Origin: Flavobacterium sp.
GTDB lineage: Bacteria; Bacteroidota; Bacteroidia; Flavobacteriales; Flavobacteriaceae
Length of the DNA stretch: 64,000 nt
Assembly (NCBI GenBank): GCA_040396655.1
Contig: JBEBOB010000006.1
Location: 12,899 to 76,898 of the forward strand
Reading direction: 5' to 3'
In this document: positions 10,410 through 21,197 of the stretch, piece by piece
Numbering within the stretch: position 1 is the stretch's first letter
How the letters are laid out: each line of letters opens with the position of its first letter
Position numbers and translations under genes: made by a program
Notes under the pieces: model-generated
The model's input: the letters and a program-made list of their open reading frames with translations, nothing else
What the model was told of the DNA's origin: nothing
The model's database searches: none

Positions 10410-11469
10410 TGTTGAGTAGGTACACGGCTAAAATTCCGAAAATAACGTTTGGAAACCATACGGCGAATAAAGGATTGATGCTTGACGCCTCGGCCAGCGT
10501 CCCGAATATCTTATCAAAGAAGATATAGGTAAAGGCCAAACCAATACCCATGGCAAGGTTGACCCCCATTCCTCCCCTGCGTTTCATCGAAGAAACAGCA
10601 ACCGCAATAATGGTCAGGATAAAAGCAGATACAGGTACACTGTACTTTTTATATTTAACAACAAGGTAGGAACTGATATTGGCAGACCCCCTCATTTTTT
10701 CTTTTTCAATAAACTGGTTGAGTTCTGACAACGTCATGGTCTCTGCAGCATAAATGGCAGGTGTAAGATCGTCAACGTCAAAATTGAATTTGATCCTCTT
10801 TTCCGCTTCCTTCTCTATTTTATCATCATTTACCCCTACTGTACGCTTTCTGTAATCATAAAGGGTGTAATCTTTGGTGCTGTCGTTATATACGATACGC
10901 TCTGCCTGAATTTTGGATACCAGGTCAACGTTGTTAAATTTTTCAAGTGTAAATTTATAGCCCGTTTTGCTTCCGTAACTGAAATTACTCACGAAGATAA
11001 ACTCATTTTTGCTGATCTGTTTGAAAACGTTCTGGGTTTCCCTCACTTCCTTTCGCTTTAAATACTTGTACCTGAAATCATTGTAACCCAGACTGGCTTT
11101 CGGAACAATGAAGAACCCCATAAGCAGGGCGAACATGGAAATAAAGGTTGCCCCTACAATATAGGGCCTTAGGAAACGCATATAGGAAATACCCGAACTT
11201 AAAATGGCTACAATTTCCGTATTGCTGGCCAATTTTGAGGTAAACCAGATGATGGAAATAAACAGGAAGATTGGAAAAAGCATGTTGGCGAAATAAATCG
11301 TAAAGTTCCCATAGTATTTGAGTACGTCCGCCAACGGGATTTCGTTTTCCAGTATCTTATTAATCTTTTCGGCTACGTCCACTACAATACCAATGGGTAC
11401 GAAAAGCAGGATCATTACAAAGAATGTACCCAGATAGCGTTTCAGTATATACCAGTCAATGATTTTCAT
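10396..11469 (-). CDS. LptF/LptG family LPS export permease
   Basis: MKIIDWYILKRYL, SNTEIVAILSSGIS, three TM + periplasmic domain + three TM, WFPNVIF. Confidence 0.9.
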   Translation of the reverse strand: MKIIDWYILKRYLGTFFVMILLFVPIGIVVDVAEKINKILENEIPLADVLKYYGNFTIYFANMLFPIFLFISIIWFTSKLASNTEIVAILSSGISYMRFLRPYIVGATFISMFALLMGFFIVPKASLGYNDFRYKYLKRKEVRETQNVFKQISKNEFIFVSNFSYGSKTGYKFTLEKFNNVDLVSKIQAERIVYNDSTKDYTLYDYRKRTVGVNDDKIEKEAEKRIKFNFDVDDLTPAIYAAETMTLSELNQFIEKEKMRGSANISSYLVVKYKKYSVPVSAFILTIIAVAVSSMKRRGGMGVNLAMGIGLAFTYIFFDKIFGTLAEASSINPLFAVWFPNVIFGILAVYLLNNAKR

Positions 11470-11478
11470 TTTAAGCCG

Positions 11479-12609
11479 TTATAAGCGTGTTGCCATTTGT
11501 TTGACCATTTTTTCCTTCCAGGTATAGAAGGTTCCTGCAAGAATCTGTTTACGCGCTTCACGCACAAGCCACATATAGAAACCTAAATTGTGGATGGTTG
11601 CAATCTGTTTGCCCAGGTATTCGTTAGAGACAAACAGGTGACGTAAATAGGCTTTGGAATATTCGGTATCAACCCAGGTAATCCCCATTGGATCGACCGG
11701 GCTGAAGTCGTCTTCCCATTTTTTGTTCTTTATGTTGATGAAACCTTCCGATGTGAACAGCATTCCGTTACGGGCGTTTCGTGTAGGCATTACGCAGTCG
11801 AACATATCAATTCCCAGAGCAATGTTTTCCAGTATGTTGATAGGAGTACCAACACCCATAAGGTAACGGGGTTTGTCTTTTGGCAGTATGTTCGTTACCA
11901 CTTCGCACATTTCATACATTTCTTCAGCGGGTTCTCCTACAGATAATCCCCCGATGGCATTTCCTACGGCACCTGCATTTGCAATGTATTCGGCCGACTG
12001 TGCCCTTAGATCCTTAAAGGTAGATCCCTGTACAATTGGAAAAAAGGCCTGGTCGTATCCGTATTTTACCGGAACCTTTCCCAGGTGTTCGATGCATCGG
12101 TCTAACCAGCGGTGCGTCATGTGCATAGAACGCTTTGCATAACGGTAGTCACAAGGGTACGGCGTACATTCGTCAAAAGCCATGATGATGTCTGCCCCTA
12201 TCGTCCGCTGTATTTCCATTACATTTTCAGGAGAAAAAAAATGGTAGGAACCGTCGATATGAGATTTAAACTTAACTCCCTCCTCTTTTATTTTTCTCCT
12301 CCCCGATAAAGAATATACCTGGAATCCACCAGAATCTGTTAGGATATTGCGATCCCAGTTCATGAATTTATGAAGTCCGCCTGCCTTTTCCAGAACGTCG
12401 GTTTTGGGACGCAGGTACAGGTGGTACGTATTTCCGAGAATGATATCTGGATTGATGTCTTCTCTTAATTCGCGTTGGTGGACACCTTTCACGGTTGCAG
12501 CTGTACCAACCGGCATGAAGATGGGGGTTTCGATGGTTCCGTGATCCGTTGTAATAACTCCGGCTCTGGCTTTTGAATGTATATCGGTGTGAAGTAAATC
12601 GAATTTCAT
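11479..12609 (-). CDS. tgt: tRNA-guanine transglycosylase
   Basis: ETPIFMPVGT, NTYHLYLRP, LTDSGGFQ, DMFDCVMPTRNAR. Confidence 0.97.
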   Translation of the reverse strand: MKFDLLHTDIHSKARAGVITTDHGTIETPIFMPVGTAATVKGVHQRELREDINPDIILGNTYHLYLRPKTDVLEKAGGLHKFMNWDRNILTDSGGFQVYSLSGRRKIKEEGVKFKSHIDGSYHFFSPENVMEIQRTIGADIIMAFDECTPYPCDYRYAKRSMHMTHRWLDRCIEHLGKVPVKYGYDQAFFPIVQGSTFKDLRAQSAEYIANAGAVGNAIGGLSVGEPAEEMYEMCEVVTNILPKDKPRYLMGVGTPINILENIALGIDMFDCVMPTRNARNGMLFTSEGFINIKNKKWEDDFSPVDPMGITWVDTEYSKAYLRHLFVSNEYLGKQIATIHNLGFYMWLVREARKQILAGTFYTWKEKMVKQMATRL

Positions 12610-12779
12610 ATTTATTGTTTACAAACCGCAAATATACGCTTTTTGCTTCATAAATCTCAGTCGGGAATTTATAGATTTCACAATAAAAAACCGGAATTTT
12701 TCAGGGAATCAGCGAAATAAAAAATGGCAAAAACAAAAATGCTTTTGCCATTTACATTATAAGGCTGATTTTCCAGATT

Positions 12780-13487
12780 TTAATAAAAAAACTGATTGTA
12801 GTCGTCTGAATCCAATGGAGCATTCTGAATGCGCTCTTCAATGATGTAATTCTGCGGATTGTATTTTAAAACAGACGGATACACTACAGTATTACCTCCA
12901 TAGGTTTCATCCCTTTTTATTATATTGTTTTTGTTAATGTACTTTATCGTACGGTAAGCTTTGGGATAGATATTGTAATAAGGGTTCCGGAAAGAATCAA
13001 ACGTAAATGTGGATGTACCGATGCCGGATTTCTGAATGATCAGGTTTTCATCCTTTACAGTCATCATAGGATTGTTCAGGCTTCCGTCGCTGTTATACCT
13101 ATAGCTTTCAGATTTAAGCAGCGTATTGTTTTTATCGTATGTTTTGGCAGTGTCAATCTGATCCTGCGAATTATACGTATAATAAGTGATTTCGTCTTTA
13201 TCGTACTGAGGGAAATCCGGGTGTCCCGAATGATAGCGCACTTCCACTACCTGGTTTAGATTGTTATAAATGAATTTTTCAGATATGGCGTTGTCCCTTG
13301 TGATGCTTATGGAATCGACAAATCCGTTCGAATGGTAAAAGAACTTGTGCGTAAAATAGCCTTCTTTCATTTTCATCTTTAATCCCTGGGGCGGGGTTTC
13401 GGGAATGTTTTTTTCTGTTACATCCTTTATGTCGTCCTCGCATGCGGCCAGGCTTAGGGCCAGGCAAAAGAATAGTAGTTTTTTCAT
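12780..13487 (-). CDS. Hypothetical beta-rich lipoprotein
   Basis: Lipobox LSLAACEDD; YD-like YTYNSQDQ / YRYNSDGS motifs. Confidence 0.6.
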   Translation of the reverse strand: MKKLLFFCLALSLAACEDDIKDVTEKNIPETPPQGLKMKMKEGYFTHKFFYHSNGFVDSISITRDNAISEKFIYNNLNQVVEVRYHSGHPDFPQYDKDEITYYTYNSQDQIDTAKTYDKNNTLLKSESYRYNSDGSLNNPMMTVKDENLIIQKSGIGTSTFTFDSFRNPYYNIYPKAYRTIKYINKNNIIKRDETYGGNTVVYPSVLKYNPQNYIIEERIQNAPLDSDDYNQFFY

Positions 13488-13567
13488 GGTGTTTTTTATT
13501 TAATGGTTAAATTTAATAAAAAAATCCATTCATTTGAATGGATTTTTAACACTTTTGTTTCGATATA

Positions 13568-14869
13568 TTAATTCTCGAACGGGATGGCCGGAAGCAACTG
13601 TGAAGAAACATCTCCGAAACCGATACGTACACCGTCCTTCTCACAATATCCTTTCATGATTACGGTGTCGTAATCCTGTATAAAGGTTCTTGTTGAGCCG
13701 TCGGGCATGTCAATAGGGTTTTGTCCGCCCCATGTAAGTTCAAGCATAGAACCGAAACTGTCTTTGGAAGAACCCGATATCGTTCCGGATCCCATCAAAT
13801 CGCCGGAACTTACCAAACAACCGTTAACGGTATGGTGTGCCAGCTGCTGCGCCATGCTCCAGTACATGTATTTAAGGTTTGATTTACAAACGGTTTTCCC
13901 TTCCTTGTCACCTTCTGGCTGTATGATTACTTCAAGGTTAATATCGAACGCATGATCTCCTTTTTGTTGAAGATAAGGCAGTGGTTTCGGATCTTCCTGC
14001 GCAGGACCGGCACAACGGAAAGGTTCCAATGCATCCATGGTCACGATCCAACATGATATGGATGAACCGAAATTCTTGGCTAAAAATGGTCCGAGCGGAA
14101 CATATTCCCATGACTGAATATCGCGGGCAGACCAATCGTTAAGCAGTACCATTCCAAACATCTGGTCTTCTGCTTCCTCAACGGAAACCCTGTCGCCCAT
14201 AATGTTTGCATCTGCCGTAATAAATGCTGTTTCCAATTCAAAGTCAACGCGTTTTGACGGACCGAAAACCGGTAGTGTTTCACCTTTAGGCAATGATTGC
14301 CCCAAAGGGCGGTTTACAGGTGTACCTGAAGGTACAATGGTAGAACTTCTTCCGTGGTAACCCACCGGCAGGTGCAACCAGTTCGGTAAAAGGGCATTGC
14401 TGGGATCGCGGAACATCATACCAACATTGGTAGCGTGTTCACGGCTTGAATAAAAATCAGTATAATCTCCGATAAAAACAGGAAGTTCAACTGTTACTTC
14501 CGCAACATTGAAAAGAACTTCTTCACGGGCAGCTGCGTCATCGCGCAGTTTTGGATTGTTGGCTTCGAAAATTTCCGAAATCCTGTTGCGTACGGCTCTC
14601 CATACTTCCTTTCCTTCCGAAATAAAGGCATTCAGGGTTTCATCATAAAGTACGTTGTCGTCAAAATCAATATCTTTGAAAAAACCAAGGTCGTTTAAGG
14701 CAGGGAGGCTTATGGCGTAATCGCCTATTCTGGTTCCGGTTACGAGGTGGTCCTCTTCAACGGAAAAAACACCGAACGGAATATTCTGGATGGGGAAATC
14801 ACTGTTTTCTGATACGTTTAACCACGATTTTAAAGCAGGATTGTTCGCAGGTATATTCATTGCTTTCAT
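13568..14869 (-). CDS. fahA: Fumarylacetoacetase
   Basis: SDFPIQNIPFG, DYTDFYSSREHA, DFELE, NDWSARDIQ.WEYVPLGPF. Confidence 0.95.
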   Translation of the reverse strand: MKAMNIPANNPALKSWLNVSENSDFPIQNIPFGVFSVEEDHLVTGTRIGDYAISLPALNDLGFFKDIDFDDNVLYDETLNAFISEGKEVWRAVRNRISEIFEANNPKLRDDAAAREEVLFNVAEVTVELPVFIGDYTDFYSSREHATNVGMMFRDPSNALLPNWLHLPVGYHGRSSTIVPSGTPVNRPLGQSLPKGETLPVFGPSKRVDFELETAFITADANIMGDRVSVEEAEDQMFGMVLLNDWSARDIQSWEYVPLGPFLAKNFGSSISCWIVTMDALEPFRCAGPAQEDPKPLPYLQQKGDHAFDINLEVIIQPEGDKEGKTVCKSNLKYMYWSMAQQLAHHTVNGCLVSSGDLMGSGTISGSSKDSFGSMLELTWGGQNPIDMPDGSTRTFIQDYDTVIMKGYCEKDGVRIGFGDVSSQLLPAIPFEN

Positions 14870-14953
14870 GAAATTTTATTCTATTTAGATTGCTTATGCG
14901 AATATAACAATGATTTTTTATAAATTTGAGTTCAATTTAAAGAATTACTAAAA

Positions 14954-16228
14954 ATGCAACGCGACGAACAAATCTTTGATTTAATTTTAGATGAGCAAGA
15001 CAGACAGGTTCACGGCCTGGAATTAATTGCTTCGGAGAACTTTGTAAGCGACCAGGTTATGGAGGCTGCAGGTTCGGTTTTAACAAACAAATATGCAGAG
15101 GGATATCCCGGAAAAAGATATTATGGAGGATGTGAAGTGGTGGATATCGTGGAACAACTGGCCATTGACAGAGCTAAAGCCTTATTCAATGCAGAATATG
15201 TAAACGTACAGCCCCATTCGGGATCACAGGCCAATACGGCGGTTTATGCAGCCGTTTTAAAACCCGGAGACAAAATTTTGGGGTTTGATCTTTCACACGG
15301 AGGGCATTTAACACACGGATCACCTGTTAACTTTTCTGGAAAATTGTACAATCCGGTATTCTACGGTGTTGACCAGGAAACAGGACTTATTAATTACGAT
15401 AAGATCCAGGAAATAGCAGAACGCGAAAAGCCGCAGCTGATCATTGCCGGAGCTTCAGCTTATTCACGCGATATGGACTTTGAACGTTTCAGAAAGATAG
15501 CCGATTCTGTAGGAGCTATTCTTATGGCCGATATTTCGCATCCTGCCGGACTTATCGCAAAAGGGTTGTTGTCTGATCCTATCCCTCACTGCCATATCGT
15601 TACCACTACCACGCACAAAACGCTGCGCGGGCCGCGTGGAGGTATGATTATGATGGGGAAAGATTTCGAAAACCCTTTTGGTTTAAAAACACCTAAAGGC
15701 GAGACAAGAATGATGTCCTCTTTATTGGATTCAGCTGTATTCCCGGGTAATCAGGGAGGACCTTTGATGCACATTATAGCGGCGAAAGCAGTGGCATTCG
15801 GAGAAGCTTTGCAGGACGAATTCATGCATTATGCACTACAGGTACAGAAAAATGCCAAGGCAATGGCCGAAGCTTTTACTAAACGCGGATACAACATTAT
15901 TTCGGGCGGAACAGACAATCATATGATGCTTATTGATTTACGCAATAAGAACATTTCGGGAAAAGAGGCTGAAAATGCCCTGGTTAAAGCCGAAATTACC
16001 GTAAATAAAAATATGGTGCCTTTTGACGATAAATCGCCTTTTATTACATCGGGAATCCGTGTAGGGACTGCTGCGATTACAACGCGCGGACTTGTTGAAA
16101 GCGACATGGAAACGGTGGTAGACCTTATAGACCGCGTTATTATGAATCATGCGAATGAAGCTGTGATTGAAGAAGTGGCCGACGAAGTAAACGATATGAT
16201 GAGCGAGAGAGCCATGTTTGTATTTTAA
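14954..16228 (+). CDS. glyA: Serine hydroxymethyltransferase
   Basis: [35 protein letters not shown]; promoter TAAATTTG at 14921-14928. Confidence 0.98.
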   Translation: MQRDEQIFDLILDEQDRQVHGLELIASENFVSDQVMEAAGSVLTNKYAEGYPGKRYYGGCEVVDIVEQLAIDRAKALFNAEYVNVQPHSGSQANTAVYAAVLKPGDKILGFDLSHGGHLTHGSPVNFSGKLYNPVFYGVDQETGLINYDKIQEIAEREKPQLIIAGASAYSRDMDFERFRKIADSVGAILMADISHPAGLIAKGLLSDPIPHCHIVTTTTHKTLRGPRGGMIMMGKDFENPFGLKTPKGETRMMSSLLDSAVFPGNQGGPLMHIIAAKAVAFGEALQDEFMHYALQVQKNAKAMAEAFTKRGYNIISGGTDNHMMLIDLRNKNISGKEAENALVKAEITVNKNMVPFDDKSPFITSGIRVGTAAITTRGLVESDMETVVDLIDRVIMNHANEAVIEEVADEVNDMMSERAMFVF

Positions 16229-16329
16229 GCATTTTTTTGAATAAAATAGAAAGGATCACGAATTGTGGTCCTTTTTTTGTTAGGATGTAACAACTTACTT
16301 CAAAACATTACTAACTAAAACAAAAAACA

Positions 16330-17496
16330 ATGAAAAACGCTGCATTTATCTTAATGCTGTTCCTGTTTAACAGTATGTATCCGCAAAAACTGATTCAGGG
16401 TGTCGTTAAAGATGCCGAAACCGGCAAACCAGTTGAATATGTAATGGTGACGGGAAATAGTTCCGGAAAAACGACTGTTACGAATTCTGAAGGGCGCTAT
16501 CAGTTCAATATGTCCAAAGAGGATACAAAGCTTATTTTCAGGCATCTTGATTATTTTTCCAAGGAAGTAACAGTAGATAACGCCAATAGCATCAACGTAA
16601 AAATACGGCCTTCGGTAGAATCTCTGGATGAAATTGTGATCCTTACCGTATCGTTAAGAGACGAAATCAACAAAGCAATTAAGACATCGCAGGCTAATTT
16701 TGCAAAGGATCTGAAACTGAATACCTACTATCGCGAACTTATGTACATCAACGGTACTATGTACCAGTATGAAGATGCAGAGCTCGATTATTACCTGCAA
16801 TCCATAAACAAAAGCAATACCATCGTACGGGAGAGCCGCACAATTAAATTTACCAATGAAGAAGCCAAAAAATTTGATTCTTTAACAGGTATCCGTTATT
16901 TCTGGGGTGATTTAAGGGAACGTATTTCTTACGAGTTTGATTTTGAACTTGTAAAGAAAATCATAAACGATAAGGAATATGATATGTACATTACGACCAA
17001 AAAGGCAGCCGACGGAACCGAGCTGAATGTGTTGAACTTCAGTCCGGTAGAAAATGCCAAAAATGCTACATTAACAGGTACCGTGACCTATGGTGCCAAA
17101 GATTACCTTATAAGGGAAGTAAAGGCTAACCTGGCACCCGGTTATATAAAAAACAATCAGTTTCAGCAGCAGTCGAACCATATGTTTAAAAGAAGCTTTT
17201 ATGCCAAAACAACGTTGTTTAACCTGTACAACGGTAAATATTCGCTGGCCTATACAGCTTACCGCATATTCGGCGTATCACAGGTTGCAAACCAGCTTAC
17301 GAAGGTGGGTGGTTTTGTGGAACTGCTGGTAGATACAGTCGATGAATCTTTTGCCAAACCGAATCCCCAGGATTTTTTCGACAGCAATAAGCTTACGCGT
17401 TTAGGCAAAAACTACAAAAACAGATATTGGGAAAAATACAATGTGGTTCCCCTAATTTATAAAGAAGAACAAATGCTGAAGCAGATAAATAAATAG
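16330..17496 (+). CDS. Secreted protein with a carboxypeptidase-regulatory-like (CarboxypepD_reg) N-terminal domain
   Basis: Signal peptide, IQGVVKDAETGKPV...TVTNSEGRY...LDEIVI. Confidence 0.7.
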   Translation: MKNAAFILMLFLFNSMYPQKLIQGVVKDAETGKPVEYVMVTGNSSGKTTVTNSEGRYQFNMSKEDTKLIFRHLDYFSKEVTVDNANSINVKIRPSVESLDEIVILTVSLRDEINKAIKTSQANFAKDLKLNTYYRELMYINGTMYQYEDAELDYYLQSINKSNTIVRESRTIKFTNEEAKKFDSLTGIRYFWGDLRERISYEFDFELVKKIINDKEYDMYITTKKAADGTELNVLNFSPVENAKNATLTGTVTYGAKDYLIREVKANLAPGYIKNNQFQQQSNHMFKRSFYAKTTLFNLYNGKYSLAYTAYRIFGVSQVANQLTKVGGFVELLVDTVDESFAKPNPQDFFDSNKLTRLGKNYKNRYWEKYNVVPLIYKEEQMLKQINK

Positions 17497-17537
17497 TTTA
17501 CGCATAATAAAAAAGCACTTCCGAAAGGAGTGCTTTT

Positions 17538-18275
17538 TTATTTCCAGAGCTGTTTTGCTTTTTCAAGATCTTCTGCAGTATCTATGCCTACTCCTACATG
17601 TTCCGTGAGGACCATTTGCAGGGTTTTTCCATATTCAAGATAACGCAGCTGTTCCAGTTTTTCAGTAGCTTCAAGTCCTTTCATCTGCCATTTCGTAAAA
17701 TCAAGAAGTGCCATTTTACGGTAAGCATAAACACCTATGTGTTGATAATACGGGACGTAGCTTTTTCCATCACGGGCAAAAGGTATCGGAGAACGGGAGA
17801 AATACAATGCCCTGAAGTTCTGGTCTACAACAACCTTTACGTTGTTTGGATTCCGGATCACCTCTTCATCCTCTATCTCGAACATCAGGGATGCGAGGTC
17901 TATGGAATGGTCTTTATCTTCCTTAAATACCCGGATAAGGCTTTCGAGGTTTGATTTGCTTACAAAAGGCTCATCACCCTGGACATTGACTACCACGTCA
18001 CATGCTATATGCTCGATTACTTCGGCAATACGGTCGCTGCCGCTTTCATGGTGATCGGCGCTCATAACGACATTGACACTATATTCCTTCAAAAGGTTAA
18101 AAATGAGCTCATGATCTGTTGCAACCAGCACTTCATCAAAAAGCCCGGTTGCCAAAGTGGCAAGGTATGTCTGTACAACTACAGGTTTCCCTCCCAGGTC
18201 CTGTATAAGTTTCGCCGGAAAACGGGTCGAAGCGTAACGTGCCGGTATTACGGCAATAATCTTTAATTTATTCAT
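17538..18275 (-). CDS. kdsB: 3-deoxy-manno-octulosonate cytidylyltransferase
   Basis: [44 protein letters not shown]; ATG 18275 overlaps the helicase stop. Confidence 0.96.
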   Translation of the reverse strand: MNKLKIIAVIPARYASTRFPAKLIQDLGGKPVVVQTYLATLATGLFDEVLVATDHELIFNLLKEYSVNVVMSADHHESGSDRIAEVIEHIACDVVVNVQGDEPFVSKSNLESLIRVFKEDKDHSIDLASLMFEIEDEEVIRNPNNVKVVVDQNFRALYFSRSPIPFARDGKSYVPYYQHIGVYAYRKMALLDFTKWQMKGLEATEKLEQLRYLEYGKTLQMVLTEHVGVGIDTAEDLEKAKQLWK

Positions 18276-19692
18276 CGAAAAATTCATCGTTAAAACCTAT
18301 TAAATAAACTTTTTCCTTGGCACGTGTTAAGGCCGTATAAAGCCATCGCATATAATCCTTACTGATGCCTTCCGGCAGGTAGGGTTGCTCTATAAATACG
18401 GTATCCCACTGCCCTCCCTGCGATTTGTGGCAGGTTACTGCATAGGCAAATTTAATCTGTAACGCGTTAAAGTACTCATTATTTTTTACTTTTTGCATAC
18501 GGCGGTAGGCCGTTGGTTCGTCTTCATAATCAAGCAGAACCTCCTGGTAAAGCCTGTTCGACTGTTCATATGTAAGGCTGGCCGATTCCGAATTCAGGGT
18601 ATCGAGCAATACAATGGTGTCAAACGGGGCCAGTTCGGGATAATCGACCATGCGCACCTTTACCGAAGCAAACCTGAAACCGTATAGTTCATGATGTCTG
18701 TAAATTTGCAGTATTTCCAAAATATCCCCGTTGGCAATGAAATCGGCTGATTTGGAATCTTTAAGCCAGAAATAATTGTTTTTTACTACCATAATGTAAT
18801 CTCCGGAGCTCAATTCGCTTTCAAGATCCAAAACCCGCATTCTGATCTGCTGGTTGTATTGATTGGCTCTTTTGTTGGAACGTACGATGAAGATGGTTTC
18901 CTCTGTTCCTTTTCTTGAAAAGGCATCGTGTATGGCATCTAAGGTTTCATAACCGTCCTGTAGCCGTATGATGTCTTTAAAAGGTTTGATGTCAAATGCG
19001 AAAAAATCATAAAATTCCTGTTGCAGCTGTTCCCGCAGTTCCGTTGCATTGTAAAGTATGCCGGATCCTTCCTCCTGCCGCATCACTTCGGTAAGCTCTA
19101 TGTGGTCAACCTTCATCTGGTAGTGAAGGGCGAGCTTGCTTTCCAGTAATGCCGGGCTTTCATCCATTCCTACAGGCGGCAGCTGGGCCGTATCTCCAAC
19201 GATGATAAGTTTACAGTTCTGACCCGAATATACATAATACATAAGGTCGTCGAGCAGGGAACCGTGCGTATACATTGTCGCATCGGTTACATGGTCCGAA
19301 ATCATCGAAGATTCATCTACAATAAAAATGGTATTCTTGTGCTTGTTGGCCTGCATGGTAAAGGCAAGTCCCGAATTTTTATCCTTTTTGGGATAATAAA
19401 TCTTTTTGTGTATGGTATGGGCCGGCTGTTTTGCATAATTGGAAATCACTTTGGCGGCACGTCCCGTTGGGGCAAGCATTACGTATTTAAGGTGAACGGA
19501 TGCCAGCTGGTTGACAAGATTGGACAGCAGTGTTGTTTTTCCCGTTCCGGCATATCCTTTCAGGACAAAGAGCTCGTCCTGGTTTTCGCTTAATACAAAT
19601 CGTGCTATTTTATTTAAAAAAGCATCCTGTTTTAAGGTAACGGCAAACGGAAAAGTATGTTTTAACTGAAGGTAAAATTCGTTTACGGTCAT
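18268..19692 (-). CDS. RecD-like SF1 helicase / ATP-dependent nuclease
   Basis: [42 protein letters not shown]; promoter TATCTTTG at 19713-19720 supports a start at 19692. Confidence 0.9.
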   Translation of the reverse strand: MTVNEFYLQLKHTFPFAVTLKQDAFLNKIARFVLSENQDELFVLKGYAGTGKTTLLSNLVNQLASVHLKYVMLAPTGRAAKVISNYAKQPAHTIHKKIYYPKKDKNSGLAFTMQANKHKNTIFIVDESSMISDHVTDATMYTHGSLLDDLMYYVYSGQNCKLIIVGDTAQLPPVGMDESPALLESKLALHYQMKVDHIELTEVMRQEEGSGILYNATELREQLQQEFYDFFAFDIKPFKDIIRLQDGYETLDAIHDAFSRKGTEETIFIVRSNKRANQYNQQIRMRVLDLESELSSGDYIMVVKNNYFWLKDSKSADFIANGDILEILQIYRHHELYGFRFASVKVRMVDYPELAPFDTIVLLDTLNSESASLTYEQSNRLYQEVLLDYEDEPTAYRRMQKVKNNEYFNALQIKFAYAVTCHKSQGGQWDTVFIEQPYLPEGISKDYMRWLYTALTRAKEKVYLIGFNDEFFDE

Positions 19693-19786
19693 GCTGGTCT
19701 GGGATTGTTCCTGCAAAGATACCATTGTTTTGATGAACGTCTGCCAAATCAATAAAAAATTGTACTTTTGAAGCATATTCATTAAG

Positions 19787-20584
19787 ATGCTTATGAGTAA
19801 CGGTACGTTTCAAAAATTGTATTTACAGGTTTCACTGCATGATTTCAGTTTCTGTGTCAAGAACCAGGTAAACAACCAGGTGGTTCACTTTAAATCATTT
19901 TCCCTGGATCCTTATAAGACCATTGAACAGCAACTGGATCTTTTTTTTGATAAGGAAGACATGCTGCAGTCGGGATACGATGACGTGCTTATATTTCACG
20001 ACAACAACCTCAATACCTTTGTACCCTCTGCCCTTTTTGATGAAACAGCGCTAGGCAGCTACCTGCAATACAACATCAAGGTTTTTCCTACCGACTATTT
20101 CGACTATGATTCGATGCCGCAACAGCAAATAGAAAACATCTATGTACCGTATGTAGCCTTTAACAATTATTTCATCGATAAGTTCGGGGGTTTCGAATTC
20201 CAACATATCCATACCGCTCTTTTACAGCATTTTATTAATAAATCCGCGGCGAACGGAAACAGGGAATTTTTTGTTCATATAGCGGAAAAACATTTTGAAA
20301 TCGTCATTATTCAGGATAAAAAGCTGTTGTTTTTCAACAGCTATGAATACCAAACGGCCGAAGATTTCATCTATTATGTTCTTTTTGTAATGGAACAGTT
20401 AAAGATGGATCCCCAGCAGCAGCTCGTGCAGCTTGCCGGAAAGGTTGATGAACATTCAGATTTATTTAAAACCGCGTATAAGTTTATACGCAATGTTCAG
20501 GCGCTTAACCTGCATACGGTGGCACAGACCTTATCGGTTACTCCTGAACAATTGGAACAACATTACATTTTATTACAATCATGA
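19787..20584 (+). CDS. DUF3822 family protein
   Basis: Bacteroidota-typical gene upstream of rsmD; LLFFNSYEYQTAEDFIYYVLFV; promoter TACTTTTG at 19763-19770. Confidence 0.75.
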   Translation: MLMSNGTFQKLYLQVSLHDFSFCVKNQVNNQVVHFKSFSLDPYKTIEQQLDLFFDKEDMLQSGYDDVLIFHDNNLNTFVPSALFDETALGSYLQYNIKVFPTDYFDYDSMPQQQIENIYVPYVAFNNYFIDKFGGFEFQHIHTALLQHFINKSAANGNREFFVHIAEKHFEIVIIQDKKLLFFNSYEYQTAEDFIYYVLFVMEQLKMDPQQQLVQLAGKVDEHSDLFKTAYKFIRNVQALNLHTVAQTLSVTPEQLEQHYILLQS

Positions 20585-21159
20585 GAATTATATCTGGAAA
20601 ATTTAAAGGACGCAGGATTACAGCGCCGAAAAATTTACCCGTACGCCCTACAACCGACCTTAGTAAAGAGTCGCTGTTCAATATATTGAACCACCAGTTT
20701 GCTTTTCGAGAGCTCAGGGTGCTTGACCTGTTCGCGGGTACCGGGAATATCAGTTACGAATTTGCCTCACGCGGGGCAGAACCCATCACATCCGTTGATG
20801 CCGATTTCGGCTGTGTGAACTTTATCAGGAAAACCGCCCAGGAGTTTGAAATGGATATTACGGCGATCAAATCGGATGTTTACAGGTTTCTGGAAAAGAA
20901 TAAAGTTAAGTACGATATCATTTTTGCAGATCCTCCCTATGATTTTACGCAGGAACAGTTTGAACGCATTGCAAAGCTTGTGTTTGAAAACGATTTGCTT
21001 GAAGAAGACGGACTTCTTATAATTGAACATTCCGCGCATACCAGTATGGAGGAACTGGAACATTTTTCCAACAGCCGTAAATACGGCGGATCGGTCTTTT
21101 CCTTTTTTGAGTATGAATTGGAAGATGAAGATGAAGATGATCAAGATTCTGAAGAATAA
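20581..21159 (+). CDS. rsmD: 16S rRNA m2G966 methyltransferase
   Basis: MRIISG.FKGR, VRPTTD, LDLFAGTGNIS, IFADPPY; acidic C-terminal tail. Confidence 0.93.
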   Translation: MRIISGKFKGRRITAPKNLPVRPTTDLSKESLFNILNHQFAFRELRVLDLFAGTGNISYEFASRGAEPITSVDADFGCVNFIRKTAQEFEMDITAIKSDVYRFLEKNKVKYDIIFADPPYDFTQEQFERIAKLVFENDLLEEDGLLIIEHSAHTSMEELEHFSNSRKYGGSVFSFFEYELEDEDEDDQDSEE

Positions 21160-21162
21160 TAT

Positions 21163-21197
21163 AAAACAAATCCCGCCGGAAAAGCGGGATTTGTTTT
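21163..21197. terminator. Bidirectional terminator between rsmD and acs
   Basis: AAAACAAATCCCGC-cggaaaa-GCGGGATTTGTTTT. Confidence 0.85.
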